A program made the position numbers and the translations under genes. The notes beneath the pieces were generated by a model. The model had not been told where the DNA came from, made no database searches, and was given only the letters and a program-made list of their open reading frames with translations. From Candidatus Terrybacteria bacterium (GTDB lineage Bacteria; Patescibacteriota; Minisyncoccia; UBA9983), in contig JACQXW010000010.1 of the NCBI GenBank assembly GCA_016208535.1, forward strand, positions 1-42,007: DNA of 42,007 bases. Reading direction: 5' to 3'. Every line of letters starts with the position of its first letter. The stretch's first letter is position 1. Shown in pieces: positions 24,588-36,591 of this stretch.

Positions 24588-24842
24588 ATGAAAAAAAGAA
24601 CAGATCAATATTATATAATTTACGAACGAGACGAGAAAAAGGGATATATTGCTTCTGCGCCGGCGATTCCCGGTTGTGTTATATATGGAAAAACCTTAAA
24701 AGAGGCGCATAAAAATATTTATAGTGCCATAAAAGAATGTTTAGAAGTAATCCAAGAATTTAAAGGAAATTTACCAAAAGAAACCATAAAGCCTGAAGTT
24801 ATAAGGAAATTTTCTTTTATAAAAATTCCTGAATATGCCTAA
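24588..24842 (+). CDS. hicB: HicB-family antitoxin
   Basis: Begins at MKKRTDQYYIIYERDEKKGYIASAPAIPGCVIYGKTLKEAHKNIYSAIKECLE (UPF0150/HicB pattern). The ORF-track start at 24537 lies in the promoter palindrome. Confidence 0.75.
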   Translation: MKKRTDQYYIIYERDEKKGYIASAPAIPGCVIYGKTLKEAHKNIYSAIKECLEVIQEFKGNLPKETIKPEVIRKFSFIKIPEYA

Positions 24843-25056
24843 AATTAAGCCGATTGGATACGATGAATTTACAAGAAAATTGATGCGCGCCGGATATGTT
24901 CCAGTAAGAAAAAGCAAACACACCATATATTTTCATCCGCAGAAACAAATAACAATACCATTGCCACATAAACACCAAAAGGATATGTCCAAAGGATTTA
25001 TTCATAAACTCATAAAAGAAATGAAATTATCAACAGAAGAATTTAATCAATTATGA
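24835..25056 (+). CDS. hicA: HicA-family mRNA-interferase toxin
   Basis: 73 aa. MPKIKPIGYDEFTRKLMRAGYVPVRKSKHTIYFHP...ITIPLPHKHQKDMSKGFIHKLIKEM. It overlaps hicB by 8 nt. Confidence 0.8.
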   Translation: MPKIKPIGYDEFTRKLMRAGYVPVRKSKHTIYFHPQKQITIPLPHKHQKDMSKGFIHKLIKEMKLSTEEFNQL

Positions 25057-25574
25057 ATAACCAAAAAGGCATCGCGCCGATTGCAATAATATTGATAATC
25101 ATTGGAGCTTTGGCTCTTGGTGGCGGAGCGTGATATGTGAAGGAGCAGAAAAAGATAAAAGAAATCAAAAAACAAACGGAAGAATTAAATCAAAATCAGC
25201 AAACAAATCAGCAGCTGGGCGTACAAAGTAGTTATAATTTATTTGAAATAATTTCACCAAAAAATCAGGATGTATGGGAAAAAGGAAAGGAATATGAAAT
25301 TAATTGGAACCAAAACAAAGAAGTTGGATTAGTTGCAGTGCGGCTAGTTTCTCAGTCATCAACATCAACAAAAATTCTAATTGCTTCAAATGAAAAAGGA
25401 AAAGGTGATTTTATTAATTTTTCAAAGCCTCCAATAATTTATAAACCTTCCGTTTTAATCAAAAACGGTCTTTACAATGTTTTAATTTGCGATGTTTCTC
25501 CTTGGAATCGTGGTGTAAGTCAAGATAAAATTTGTAGTAAGAGTGGAATAGTAAATATAGTTGACAATCAGTAA
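25053..25574 (+). pseudogene. small secreted/anchored protein interrupted by an in-frame TGA
   Basis: The ATG at 25053 encodes the signal anchor MNNQKGIAPIAIILIIIGALALGGGA. A TGA at 25131-25133 follows, and the same frame then continues YVKEQKK... to 25574. The body resembles one module of the 722-aa surface protein (ISPKNQDVWEKGKEYEINW). Confidence 0.5.
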
Positions 25575-25608
25575 TCTTTAAATTCATTTAATAATTTTCT
25601 CGTTCTAG

Positions 25609-25675
25609 TTATCCACAGCAACCGAGCACATAATCTATGTGCTCGGTTGACTTGTTTTTAAGTCAAGTATATAAT
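25609..25675 (+). promoter_or_regulatory. promoter module copy 2 (23S-5S rRNA leader): TTATCCACA - palindrome CCGAGCACA-taatcta-TGTGCTCGG - TTGACT-N17-TATAAT
   Basis: Consensus TTGACT (25647-25652) and TATAAT (25670-25675). The leader contains a weak boxA-like GCTCTGTTTTAAC at about 25731. Confidence 0.7.
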
Positions 25676-25920
25676 GTAATTACGATATGAGTAGAATAAA
25701 TAAATCATTATTTTGGAAGCGGAAATTATAGCTCTGTTTTAACCTTTTGTGGTCTGAAATCCCGCTTCTCAAGAGCGGATTTTTTATTCCCCGCCCGCCT
25801 CGCTACGCGAAGCGTTGCGGGCAGGTCAAAAGCTCGAACTTTGAAAATTTAATAACAGGTAAAAACTGTATAAAAAACAAATAGATATCTAAATTTCCTA
25901 ATAGGAAACCTCGTAAAACG

Positions 25921-29358
<3,438 letters not shown>

Positions 29359-29431
29359 TCCTATTAGGAAATTTGGATATCTGCCCTGTCGCTCGCGAGC
29401 GACAGGGTCTGTAAAATAGAGCCCGGAATTT

Positions 29432-29531
29432 TGGCGGCTTGGCGCCACGGATCCACCCGTTCCCATTTCGAACACGGAAGTGAAACGTGGTAGCGGCGAT
29501 GATACTCAAAAGGGAAAGTAGCTAGCCGCCA
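29432..29531 (+). rRNA. rrf: 5S rRNA (short, about 100 nt)
   Basis: TGGCGGC...CCACCCGTTCCCATTTCGAACACGGAAGTGAAAC...GCCGCCA. The helix IV/V region appears shortened. An outer stem CCCGGAAT/ATTCCGGG plus a T-run follows. Confidence 0.8.
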
Positions 29532-29577
29532 GTATTCCGGGCTTTATTTTTTTCTAAATTATTCTATTATTAATTTA

Positions 29578-30342
29578 ATGGCTATTTCTTGGACAGCAAA
29601 AAAGCAGATGATATTTCTTGCGATTTTTCTGTTAGTCATTGTTATCGTCATCGCCATTGTCTTTGCTAAGGCCACAAGGCCGACCTGTTTTGACGCCAAG
29701 CAAAATCAAAAAGAAGAGGGGATTGATTGCGGCGGGCCATGCCCCAAGAAATGTCTAGGTGAAATAAAAGAACCAATCGTTTTTTGGAGCAAAGTTTTTA
29801 AAATCGGAGAGGGTAGATATGACGCTGTTTCCCTTGTCCAGAACCCTAATATTTTTTTATTTGTTCCTTCTGTAAAGTATCAGTTCAAACTCTATGATAG
29901 AAACAATATTCTCATTGCCGTGAGAGAGGGAAAAACATTTTTTAATTCCGGAGAAACTTTTCCGATTTTTGGGGCCAACATCGATGTTGGAAGCCGTTTG
30001 CCGGAACGCGTCTTCATAGAAATAGAGAAAAACATCCAGTGGGAGCGGCTGGATAAAGAGAGGGAAAAGCCGCAACTGGTTGTCTCCAAAAAAGATTTTT
30101 TCAATACCGAGCCGTTTCCCAGGCTGTTTGCAGCCATTGCCAATAAATCAATTTTTAATGTTGATAATGTTTCTGCGGCCGCCATTCTCTACGACAAGGA
30201 TAAAAACGCGAAAGGGGTGAGTGTTACCAGGATTGATGTTATTCCGGCTGGCGGATCTTATGAAGCGGTCTTCACCTGGCCAGCGCCGTTCAGCGAAGAG
30301 CCGGCCCTGAGCGAGATATTTTTAAGGACGGAAATTAAATGA
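29578..30342 (+). CDS. membrane-anchored hypothetical protein
   Basis: 254 aa with an N-terminal TM and a Cys-rich stretch (CFDAKQNQKEEGIDCGGPCPKKC). Its stop overlaps the SEDS gene start. Confidence 0.55.
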   Translation: MAISWTAKKQMIFLAIFLLVIVIVIAIVFAKATRPTCFDAKQNQKEEGIDCGGPCPKKCLGEIKEPIVFWSKVFKIGEGRYDAVSLVQNPNIFLFVPSVKYQFKLYDRNNILIAVREGKTFFNSGETFPIFGANIDVGSRLPERVFIEIEKNIQWERLDKEREKPQLVVSKKDFFNTEPFPRLFAAIANKSIFNVDNVSAAAILYDKDKNAKGVSVTRIDVIPAGGSYEAVFTWPAPFSEEPALSEIFLRTEIK

Positions 30343-31490
30343 AGGTTAATAAATATTCTCATTATTTTCATATAGACTGGATTCTTTTTTTTGCCACCTT
30401 GCCGTTATTGGCCGCAGGTTTAATTACTATGCGTTCTTTGGGTATGGAGAATCAGCCAACTGGCGGAGATTATTTTTTTACCCGCCAGCTCATTTGGGTT
30501 GCCATCAGTTTTGCCATTTTTTTTATTTTCAGTCTCGTTGATTGGCGTTTTTTAAGAAAGAGCGGCTTTTTGATAATTCTTTTTTTGCTTTCAATTACCA
30601 GCCTTCTGGCTCTCTTGGTTTTCGGCAAGGTGACCCGCGGCGCAGTCAGTTGGTTTGAGTTGCATTTTTTTTCCATTGAGCCAGCCGATCCTATCAAACT
30701 TGTTCTCATTCTTATCCTGGCAAAATATTTTTCCCGGCGGCACATTGAAATCGCCAATATCCGGCACATCATTATCTCCGGAATTTACATGTCTGTTTTT
30801 GCCGGCCTTGTGTTTTTCCAGCCGGATTTCGGCTCAGCCGTCATTATTTTTCTCATCTGGCTTGGCATGATTTTGGTTTCAGGAATTAATAAAAAACATT
30901 TACTTGCCGTTTTTCTCATTATTGCCCTACTTTTCGGCATATCCTGGTTTTTTGTTTTTAAGCCCTACCAAAAGGCGCGCATCGTCACTTTTTTGCATCC
31001 TTTAAAAGATATCCGGGGGGCGGGATATAATGCCATGCAGTCAATGATTGCCGTGGGTTCGGGCCAGATTTTCGGCAAAGGAATCGGCTATGGCAGCCAG
31101 AGCCGGCTGGGCTATCTGCCGGAACATCAGACGGATTTTATTTTCGCCGCCTTTGCTGAAGAATGGGGGTTGATTGGCGTTCTTTTTCTTTTTTTGTTTT
31201 ACGGGATTGTCATTTGGAGAATTTTAAAAAACGCTTTTGTCGCTGAGAGCAATTTTGAGACTCTTTTTGGGATGGGTTTGGCGGTTTTTATTGCGGCGCA
31301 TTTTATAATTCATGTGGGAATGGATATCGGGCTTCTGCCAATCACAGGCGTCAACTTGGCGTTTATGAGTTATGGCGGCTCTAATTTAGTGACCGTCTTT
31401 GCCGGTCTGGGCATGCTGATGGGCATGCGCCGCTACTCGCGACAGGTGCATCCCGAAGACGCCACAGCGGAATTTTTAGGGCCGAAATGA
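30339..31490 (+). CDS. SEDS-family protein (RodA/FtsW/SpoVE)
   Basis: 383 aa, polytopic. ...QPDFGSA...GAGYNAMQSMIAVGSGQIFGKG...LPEHQTDFIFAAFAEEWG... Confidence 0.85.
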   Translation: MKVNKYSHYFHIDWILFFATLPLLAAGLITMRSLGMENQPTGGDYFFTRQLIWVAISFAIFFIFSLVDWRFLRKSGFLIILFLLSITSLLALLVFGKVTRGAVSWFELHFFSIEPADPIKLVLILILAKYFSRRHIEIANIRHIIISGIYMSVFAGLVFFQPDFGSAVIIFLIWLGMILVSGINKKHLLAVFLIIALLFGISWFFVFKPYQKARIVTFLHPLKDIRGAGYNAMQSMIAVGSGQIFGKGIGYGSQSRLGYLPEHQTDFIFAAFAEEWGLIGVLFLFLFYGIVIWRILKNAFVAESNFETLFGMGLAVFIAAHFIIHVGMDIGLLPITGVNLAFMSYGGSNLVTVFAGLGMLMGMRRYSRQVHPEDATAEFLGPK

Positions 31491-31523
31491 TAAAGTAACC
31501 AGTAATCAGTAATTAGTAATAAA

Positions 31524-32690
31524 ATGAGAGATTTTGAAATAGAAAATTTTATTAAACAAGAAGAAAAGAGGCAAAAAAAGGCGATAAATCTTATTGCCTC
31601 TGAGAATTTTGCTTCCAAAGATGTTTTAAAGGCGCTCGGGTCTGTTTTTATGAATAAATACGCCGAGGGCTACGCGGGAAAAAGATATTACGGCGGAAAT
31701 GAAATTGTGGATAAACTGGAAAAATTATGCCAAGAGCGCGCGCTGAAATTATTTATCCGCCAGCCGGCGGATCGCCATAAATGGAGTGTAAATGTCCAGC
31801 CTTACTCCGGCTCGCCGGCAAATCTGGCGGTTTTTTTGGCGCTTGTGCCGAAAGGTGGAAAAATTATGGGAATGTCTTTGGAAATGGGCGGGCATTTGAC
31901 CCATGGACAAAGAGTTTCTATAACCGGAAAACTTTGGAAGCAAGTGCCGTATGGCGTGGATAAAAAAACGGAGCAGTTGGATTATGGCGAGATTTTAAAA
32001 ATAGCCAAAAAAGAAAAGCCGGTGCTGATTATCGCGGGAGCCACGGCTTATTCGCGAAAAATTGATTTTAAAAAATTCAGAGAAATTGCAGACACAGTTG
32101 GCGCGTATTTAATGGTGGATATGTCGCACATCGCGGGGCTGGTGGCGGGTGGAGTTCATTCGAGTCCATTCCCATATGCAGATGTGGTAATGACAACAAC
32201 TCATAAAACCTTGCGCGGCCCGAGAGCAGCTCTAATTTTTTGCAAACTGGAATTAGCTTCAAAAATTGATAAAGCTGTTTTTCCCGGTTTGCAGGGCGGG
32301 CCGCATATGAATCAGGTGGTGGCAATGGCAGTGGCTTTGAGAGAGGCTATGCAACCGAGTTTTAAAAAATACGCGCGACAAGTTGTGAAAAACGCCAAGG
32401 TCTTGGCGAATGAATTAAAAAAGCGCAGCTGGAGAATAATTTCCAACGGAACTGATACACACTTGTTTTTAGTTGATGTCTGGCAGAGGGGGATTGGCGG
32501 AAAGGAGGTAAGCGAAAGATTAGAGAAAGCCGGAATTATCGTTAATAAAAATACCATTCCGTTTGACACTCGCAAACCAGCTGATCCGTCCGGTATCCGT
32601 ATCGGCACGCCGGCGGTAACAACGCGAGGAATGAAAGAAAAAGATATGGTAAAAATCGCGGAAAAAATAGATAAAATATTAAAATTATGA
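31524..32690 (+). CDS. glyA: serine hydroxymethyltransferase
   Basis: 388 aa. ...LIASENF...YAEGYAGKRYYGG...TTTHKTLRGPR (PLP lysine). Confidence 0.9.
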   Translation: MRDFEIENFIKQEEKRQKKAINLIASENFASKDVLKALGSVFMNKYAEGYAGKRYYGGNEIVDKLEKLCQERALKLFIRQPADRHKWSVNVQPYSGSPANLAVFLALVPKGGKIMGMSLEMGGHLTHGQRVSITGKLWKQVPYGVDKKTEQLDYGEILKIAKKEKPVLIIAGATAYSRKIDFKKFREIADTVGAYLMVDMSHIAGLVAGGVHSSPFPYADVVMTTTHKTLRGPRAALIFCKLELASKIDKAVFPGLQGGPHMNQVVAMAVALREAMQPSFKKYARQVVKNAKVLANELKKRSWRIISNGTDTHLFLVDVWQRGIGGKEVSERLEKAGIIVNKNTIPFDTRKPADPSGIRIGTPAVTTRGMKEKDMVKIAEKIDKILKL

Positions 32691-33402
32691 TTATTGACGG
32701 CAGGAAAATTGCGGAGGAAATAAAGGAAGATTTAAGGCAGGATATTTTAAGGACCAACAAAAAGCTCAAGTTAGTTATTATTCAGGTTGGTGAGAACGAA
32801 GTTTCAAAAAAGTTTATTGAAAGAAAAATAAAGTTTGCGGAGGATATCGGAGTTAAAACTCGGCTTTATAATCTACCGGCAGACATTTCCACCTCGCAAT
32901 TGCGCAAAAAAATGGCGGAAATTTGCCATATAAAAGAGAATGACGGAGTGATAATCCAGTTGCCGTTGCCGGAGCAAATAAACGTCGTTCAAAAATTTTG
33001 CCTCCTCTTGTTGGTGTCATAAAAATAATTTTTGAAAAATATAATATTAAACCGGCTGGAAAAAATATCGTTGTCATCGGCAGGGGGATTTTGGTTGGCA
33101 AGCCGATTGCCAATTGGCTCATCAATGAAGGAGCGACGGTTTCTGTTTTAAATTCAAAAACTTCCAACCCTAGTGGTTATACCCTAATGGCTGATGTAAT
33201 AATTAGCGGCGCAGGCAAACCGGGCTTGATAAAGCTGGAGATGGTGAAAGACGGGGTTATAATAATTGACGCGGGTTCGCTGGCTGGCGATGTTGATCCG
33301 GCTGTGGCAGAGAAGGCCTCACTTTTTACGCCTGTTCCCGGCGGCGTGGGGCCGATTACTGTGGCAATGGTGTTTAAAAATTTGGTAGAATTAAATAAAT
33401 GA
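32687..33402 (+). pseudogene. folD: methylenetetrahydrofolate dehydrogenase/cyclohydrolase FolD, split by a frameshift and lacking an internal segment
   Basis: ORFs 32687-33022 (...DGVIIQLPLPEQIN...) and 32998-33402 (...FTPVPGGVGPITVAMVFKN...) are both FolD-like. The frame changes in the A5T4 run at 32991-32999. About 27 residues corresponding to the ...KDVDGF... region seem absent. Confidence 0.6.
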
Positions 33403-33980
33403 ATCAGGCTCTATTTTATTACTTAAATAATTTTAGTGGCAGGCTGGAATGGTTTGACGATATTATTGTTTTTTTTGCAAAGGATTTTGGTTATCTTTTG
33501 GTTTTGCTTTTTATCGGCCTCTTGGTTTTTGGTAAAAGGACCGCTGTTTCAAAAAAGAAAATTTTTTTATTTGCTGGCGCCTCGGTTTTTCTTTCCCGAA
33601 TGATTATCACAGAGATCATCCGAGCCTTTTATTATTGTCCCCGGCCTTTTGCATCTGATAGTGTCAATCAGTTGTTGATTCACGATTACACCGGCTCCTT
33701 CCCCTCAGGCCACGCGGCATTTTTTTTCGCTCTGGCAATGGCGGTTTATTTGTTTTCCAAGGGTAGTCCTTGGAAAATCCAAGGACTACCCTTGGTTTTT
33801 TTTATCGGAGCGGCCTTAATCGGCATCAGCCGCGTTGTCGCTGGCATCCACTGGCCCTTGGATATTTTGGGAGGAGCGGTTGTCGGAATTTTTTCTTCAT
33901 GGATTATTTACTATTTTTTCAAATCTAAGTTGCAAAATCCGGCAAAAAATTCTACTATAAATTCTAATGCTGAAATATAG
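33399..33980 (+). CDS. PAP2-family phosphatase (undecaprenyl-diphosphatase-like)
   Basis: 193 aa with TM helices and PAP2 motifs: ...YCPRPF..., PSGHAAFFFALA, SRVVAGIHWPLD. Confidence 0.8.
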   Translation: MNQALFYYLNNFSGRLEWFDDIIVFFAKDFGYLLVLLFIGLLVFGKRTAVSKKKIFLFAGASVFLSRMIITEIIRAFYYCPRPFASDSVNQLLIHDYTGSFPSGHAAFFFALAMAVYLFSKGSPWKIQGLPLVFFIGAALIGISRVVAGIHWPLDILGGAVVGIFSSWIIYYFFKSKLQNPAKNSTINSNAEI

Positions 33981-35271
33981 GATTATTGCCGTTTTATTTA
34001 TTTTGGCCGGCGTAGCAGTCGGTTATTTTGATGCTCTTCATATTTTTAACAAAGAATCAATTTTTTCATTGCCTTTCAAATTAGGCCTTGATTTACAGGG
34101 CGGAGTGCATTTGATTTACAAGGCGGACACCCGAATAAAGCCGGAGGAAATTCCAGACGCCATGGCCGGCCTAAGGGACGTGATAGAAAGGAGGATAAAT
34201 TTATTCGGCGTTTCCGAGCCCCTGGTCCAAGTGGAGCAAAGGGGAATTTTGAAAACAGCGGAAAACAGAGAACAGCGTCTGGTTGTGGAATTGCCGGGTG
34301 TGACTGATGTGGCTCAGGCAATAAAAATGATTGGCGAAACGCCGTTTTTGGAATTCAGAACAGAAAATCAGAACATTCAAATGACAGCAACCACCACTTT
34401 TGACGAGGCCTTTTTGCCAACCCTGCTCACTGGCCGTTATTTGAAAAAGGCGCAGCTCGATTACAATCAGACAACTTATGAGCCGGAAGTTTCCATTGAA
34501 TTCAATGACGAGGGCGCGAAGATATTCGGCCAATTGACAAAAGAAAATGTCGGCAAAAAACTGGCAATCTTTTTGGACGGCGCGCCCATCAGCATTCCGG
34601 TGGTGAGGGAGGAAATCACCAGCGCCAAGGCGCAGATTACCGGCCAGTTTACGCCAAAGGAGGCGAAAACCCTTGTTCAGCGTCTTAACTCCGGCGCCCT
34701 GCCTGTGCCCATCAATCTTATTTCCCAGCAGACTATCGGTCCCACTCTTGGAGAAAAAGTTTTGACAAAGGGAATAAATGCCGGTATTTACGGCATAATT
34801 TTAGTGGCTCTGTTTTTAATTTTATGGTATCGCCTGCCGGGATTGATTGCGGTTTTGGCTTTGGCTATTTATACGGCAATCACCTTGGCGCTTTTTAAAA
34901 TCATTCCTGTCACTCTCACGGCCGCGGGCATTGCCGGCTTTATTCTTTCAGTGGGCATGGCGGTTGACGCCAACATTCTTATTTTTGAAAGAATGAAAGA
35001 GGAGCGCCGGCAGGGCAAGGCCTTGTCTGCGGCCATTACCGAGGGATTCAGCAGGGCCTGGCTTTCCATCCGCGACTCCAATGTTTCCAGCTTGATCACT
35101 TCTTTTATTCTTTTTTGGATGGGCACAAGCATGGTCAAAGGGTTTGCTCTTACTTTAGGCGTCGGTATTTTAGTGAGTATGTTTTCCGCCATCACCATCA
35201 GCAGGACATTTCTACTGGCTTTGGGAATTAAGGGCGGGACTAAGTTATCGAAATTTTTAATATGTTCATAG
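33967..35271 (+). CDS. secD: protein translocase subunit SecD
   Basis: 434 aa. LGLDLQGGVHLIY..., a periplasmic domain, and the C-terminal TM bundle ...GIAGFILSVGMAVDANILIFERMKEE. Confidence 0.9.
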   Translation: MLKYRIIAVLFILAGVAVGYFDALHIFNKESIFSLPFKLGLDLQGGVHLIYKADTRIKPEEIPDAMAGLRDVIERRINLFGVSEPLVQVEQRGILKTAENREQRLVVELPGVTDVAQAIKMIGETPFLEFRTENQNIQMTATTTFDEAFLPTLLTGRYLKKAQLDYNQTTYEPEVSIEFNDEGAKIFGQLTKENVGKKLAIFLDGAPISIPVVREEITSAKAQITGQFTPKEAKTLVQRLNSGALPVPINLISQQTIGPTLGEKVLTKGINAGIYGIILVALFLILWYRLPGLIAVLALAIYTAITLALFKIIPVTLTAAGIAGFILSVGMAVDANILIFERMKEERRQGKALSAAITEGFSRAWLSIRDSNVSSLITSFILFWMGTSMVKGFALTLGVGILVSMFSAITISRTFLLALGIKGGTKLSKFLICS

Positions 35272-36194
35272 TGAAATACAGAAAAATTTGGTACATCTTT
35301 TCCGGGTTGCTGGTTTTGGCAAGCCTGTTTTCCGTTTTTTATTTTGGCTTAAAACTTGGCATTGATTTTACGGGCGGGTCGCTATTGGAAGTTGAATTTA
35401 ATCCGCCAGCTGGCGGAGCAGCTGGCGGACGGCCGGAAATTTCCTCTCTGCAAAAAATAGTCGAGGGACTGGGGTTTGGCAATGTTTCTTTGCAGCCGAC
35501 AGGCGATAATGGTCTGCTGGTGCGTTTAAAAAATCTTAATGAAGAGGAGCATCAGAAATTGCTTTCCGCGCTTGCCTCAACCGGTTCCCTTAATGAAATT
35601 CGTTTTGATTCTATCGGTCCTGTTATCGGCAAAGAACTTCAGCGAAAATCAATCTACGCCATTGTCATGGTTGTTGTCATGATAATTTTGTATATTGCCT
35701 TTGCCTTTAGAAAAGTTTCAGCCGGATCGCCTCGGGGCGATCGAGGGGTTTCTTCATTCAAGTACGGATTGATGGCGGTGGTTGCCTTGATTCATGATGT
35801 AAGTCTTCCAACCGGAGTTTTTGCGGTTCTTGGTAAATATTTTGGCGTGGAAATAGATATTTTATTTATCACCGCCATTCTCACGGTTCTCGGGTTTTCC
35901 GTTCACGATACCATTGTTGTTTTTGATAGGATTAGGGAGAATTTAAAAAAGGATGTGGGGGCTGATTTTGAAAATACTGTGGGGATTAGTTTGAAGCAGA
36001 CAATTGTTCGTTCAATTAATACCTCTTTGACCGTTCTTTTGGTTTTATTCGCCTTATTCTTTTTTGGCGGCGAAAGCACAAAATATTTCTCCTTGGCGCT
36101 CATTATCGGCGTGGCAATCGGAACATATTCCTCAATTTTCCTCGCCTCGCCGCTTCTGGTGACGCTTTATAAATTTCAAAACAGAAAAAAATAA
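35262..36194 (+). CDS. secF: protein translocase subunit SecF
   Basis: 310 aa. GIDFTGGSLLEV...LGFSVHDTIVVFDRIREN... It overlaps secD by 10 nt. Confidence 0.9.
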   Translation: MFIVKYRKIWYIFSGLLVLASLFSVFYFGLKLGIDFTGGSLLEVEFNPPAGGAAGGRPEISSLQKIVEGLGFGNVSLQPTGDNGLLVRLKNLNEEEHQKLLSALASTGSLNEIRFDSIGPVIGKELQRKSIYAIVMVVVMIILYIAFAFRKVSAGSPRGDRGVSSFKYGLMAVVALIHDVSLPTGVFAVLGKYFGVEIDILFITAILTVLGFSVHDTIVVFDRIRENLKKDVGADFENTVGISLKQTIVRSINTSLTVLLVLFALFFFGGESTKYFSLALIIGVAIGTYSSIFLASPLLVTLYKFQNRKK

Positions 36195-36323
36195 TTTTTT
36201 TAATAATTTAATAATAACACTTTTCATGCTATCGCCTGATTTTTGTTATTTTTTTGGTGAGGTTGCAAAATTTTGAAGGATTTGTTATAATAAAAACAGA
36301 AAAAATTTAAAAGGAGGTATAAG

Positions 36324-36545
36324 ATGAAAGGAGAATTTCAATTAAAAGTAAGGAGAGGCATTTTTACAGATGACGACGTGCATGGGATTATAGAAATAAT
36401 CCTGGCGACGAAGGAGGCGGAGGTAAAAGTCGTTGATGGCAAAATTGTACTTATTTGTACTATCGAAAACCTCAACGATATAAAAAACAAGCTTAGAAAG
36501 TATGACGATTTAATAGATTTTAACTTTGTAAAGCGGGTGGAATAG
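36324..36545 (+). CDS. hypothetical protein
   Basis: 73-aa ORF. AAGGAGG (36311-36317) lies 6 nt upstream, with a TTGCAA-N17-TATAAT promoter further upstream and a terminator hairpin AAGCGGG/CCCGCTT downstream. Confidence 0.5.
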   Translation: MKGEFQLKVRRGIFTDDDVHGIIEIILATKEAEVKVVDGKIVLICTIENLNDIKNKLRKYDDLIDFNFVKRVE

Positions 36546-36563
36546 CCCGCTTTCTTTTTGGCC

Positions 36564-36591
36564 TTGACAGGCGATTTGACAGGTATATAAT
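36564..36591 (+). promoter_or_regulatory. 16S rRNA promoter TTGACA-N16-TATAAT
   Basis: TTGACAggcgatttgacaggtaTATAAT, about 105 nt upstream of the 16S 5' end. Confidence 0.65.
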
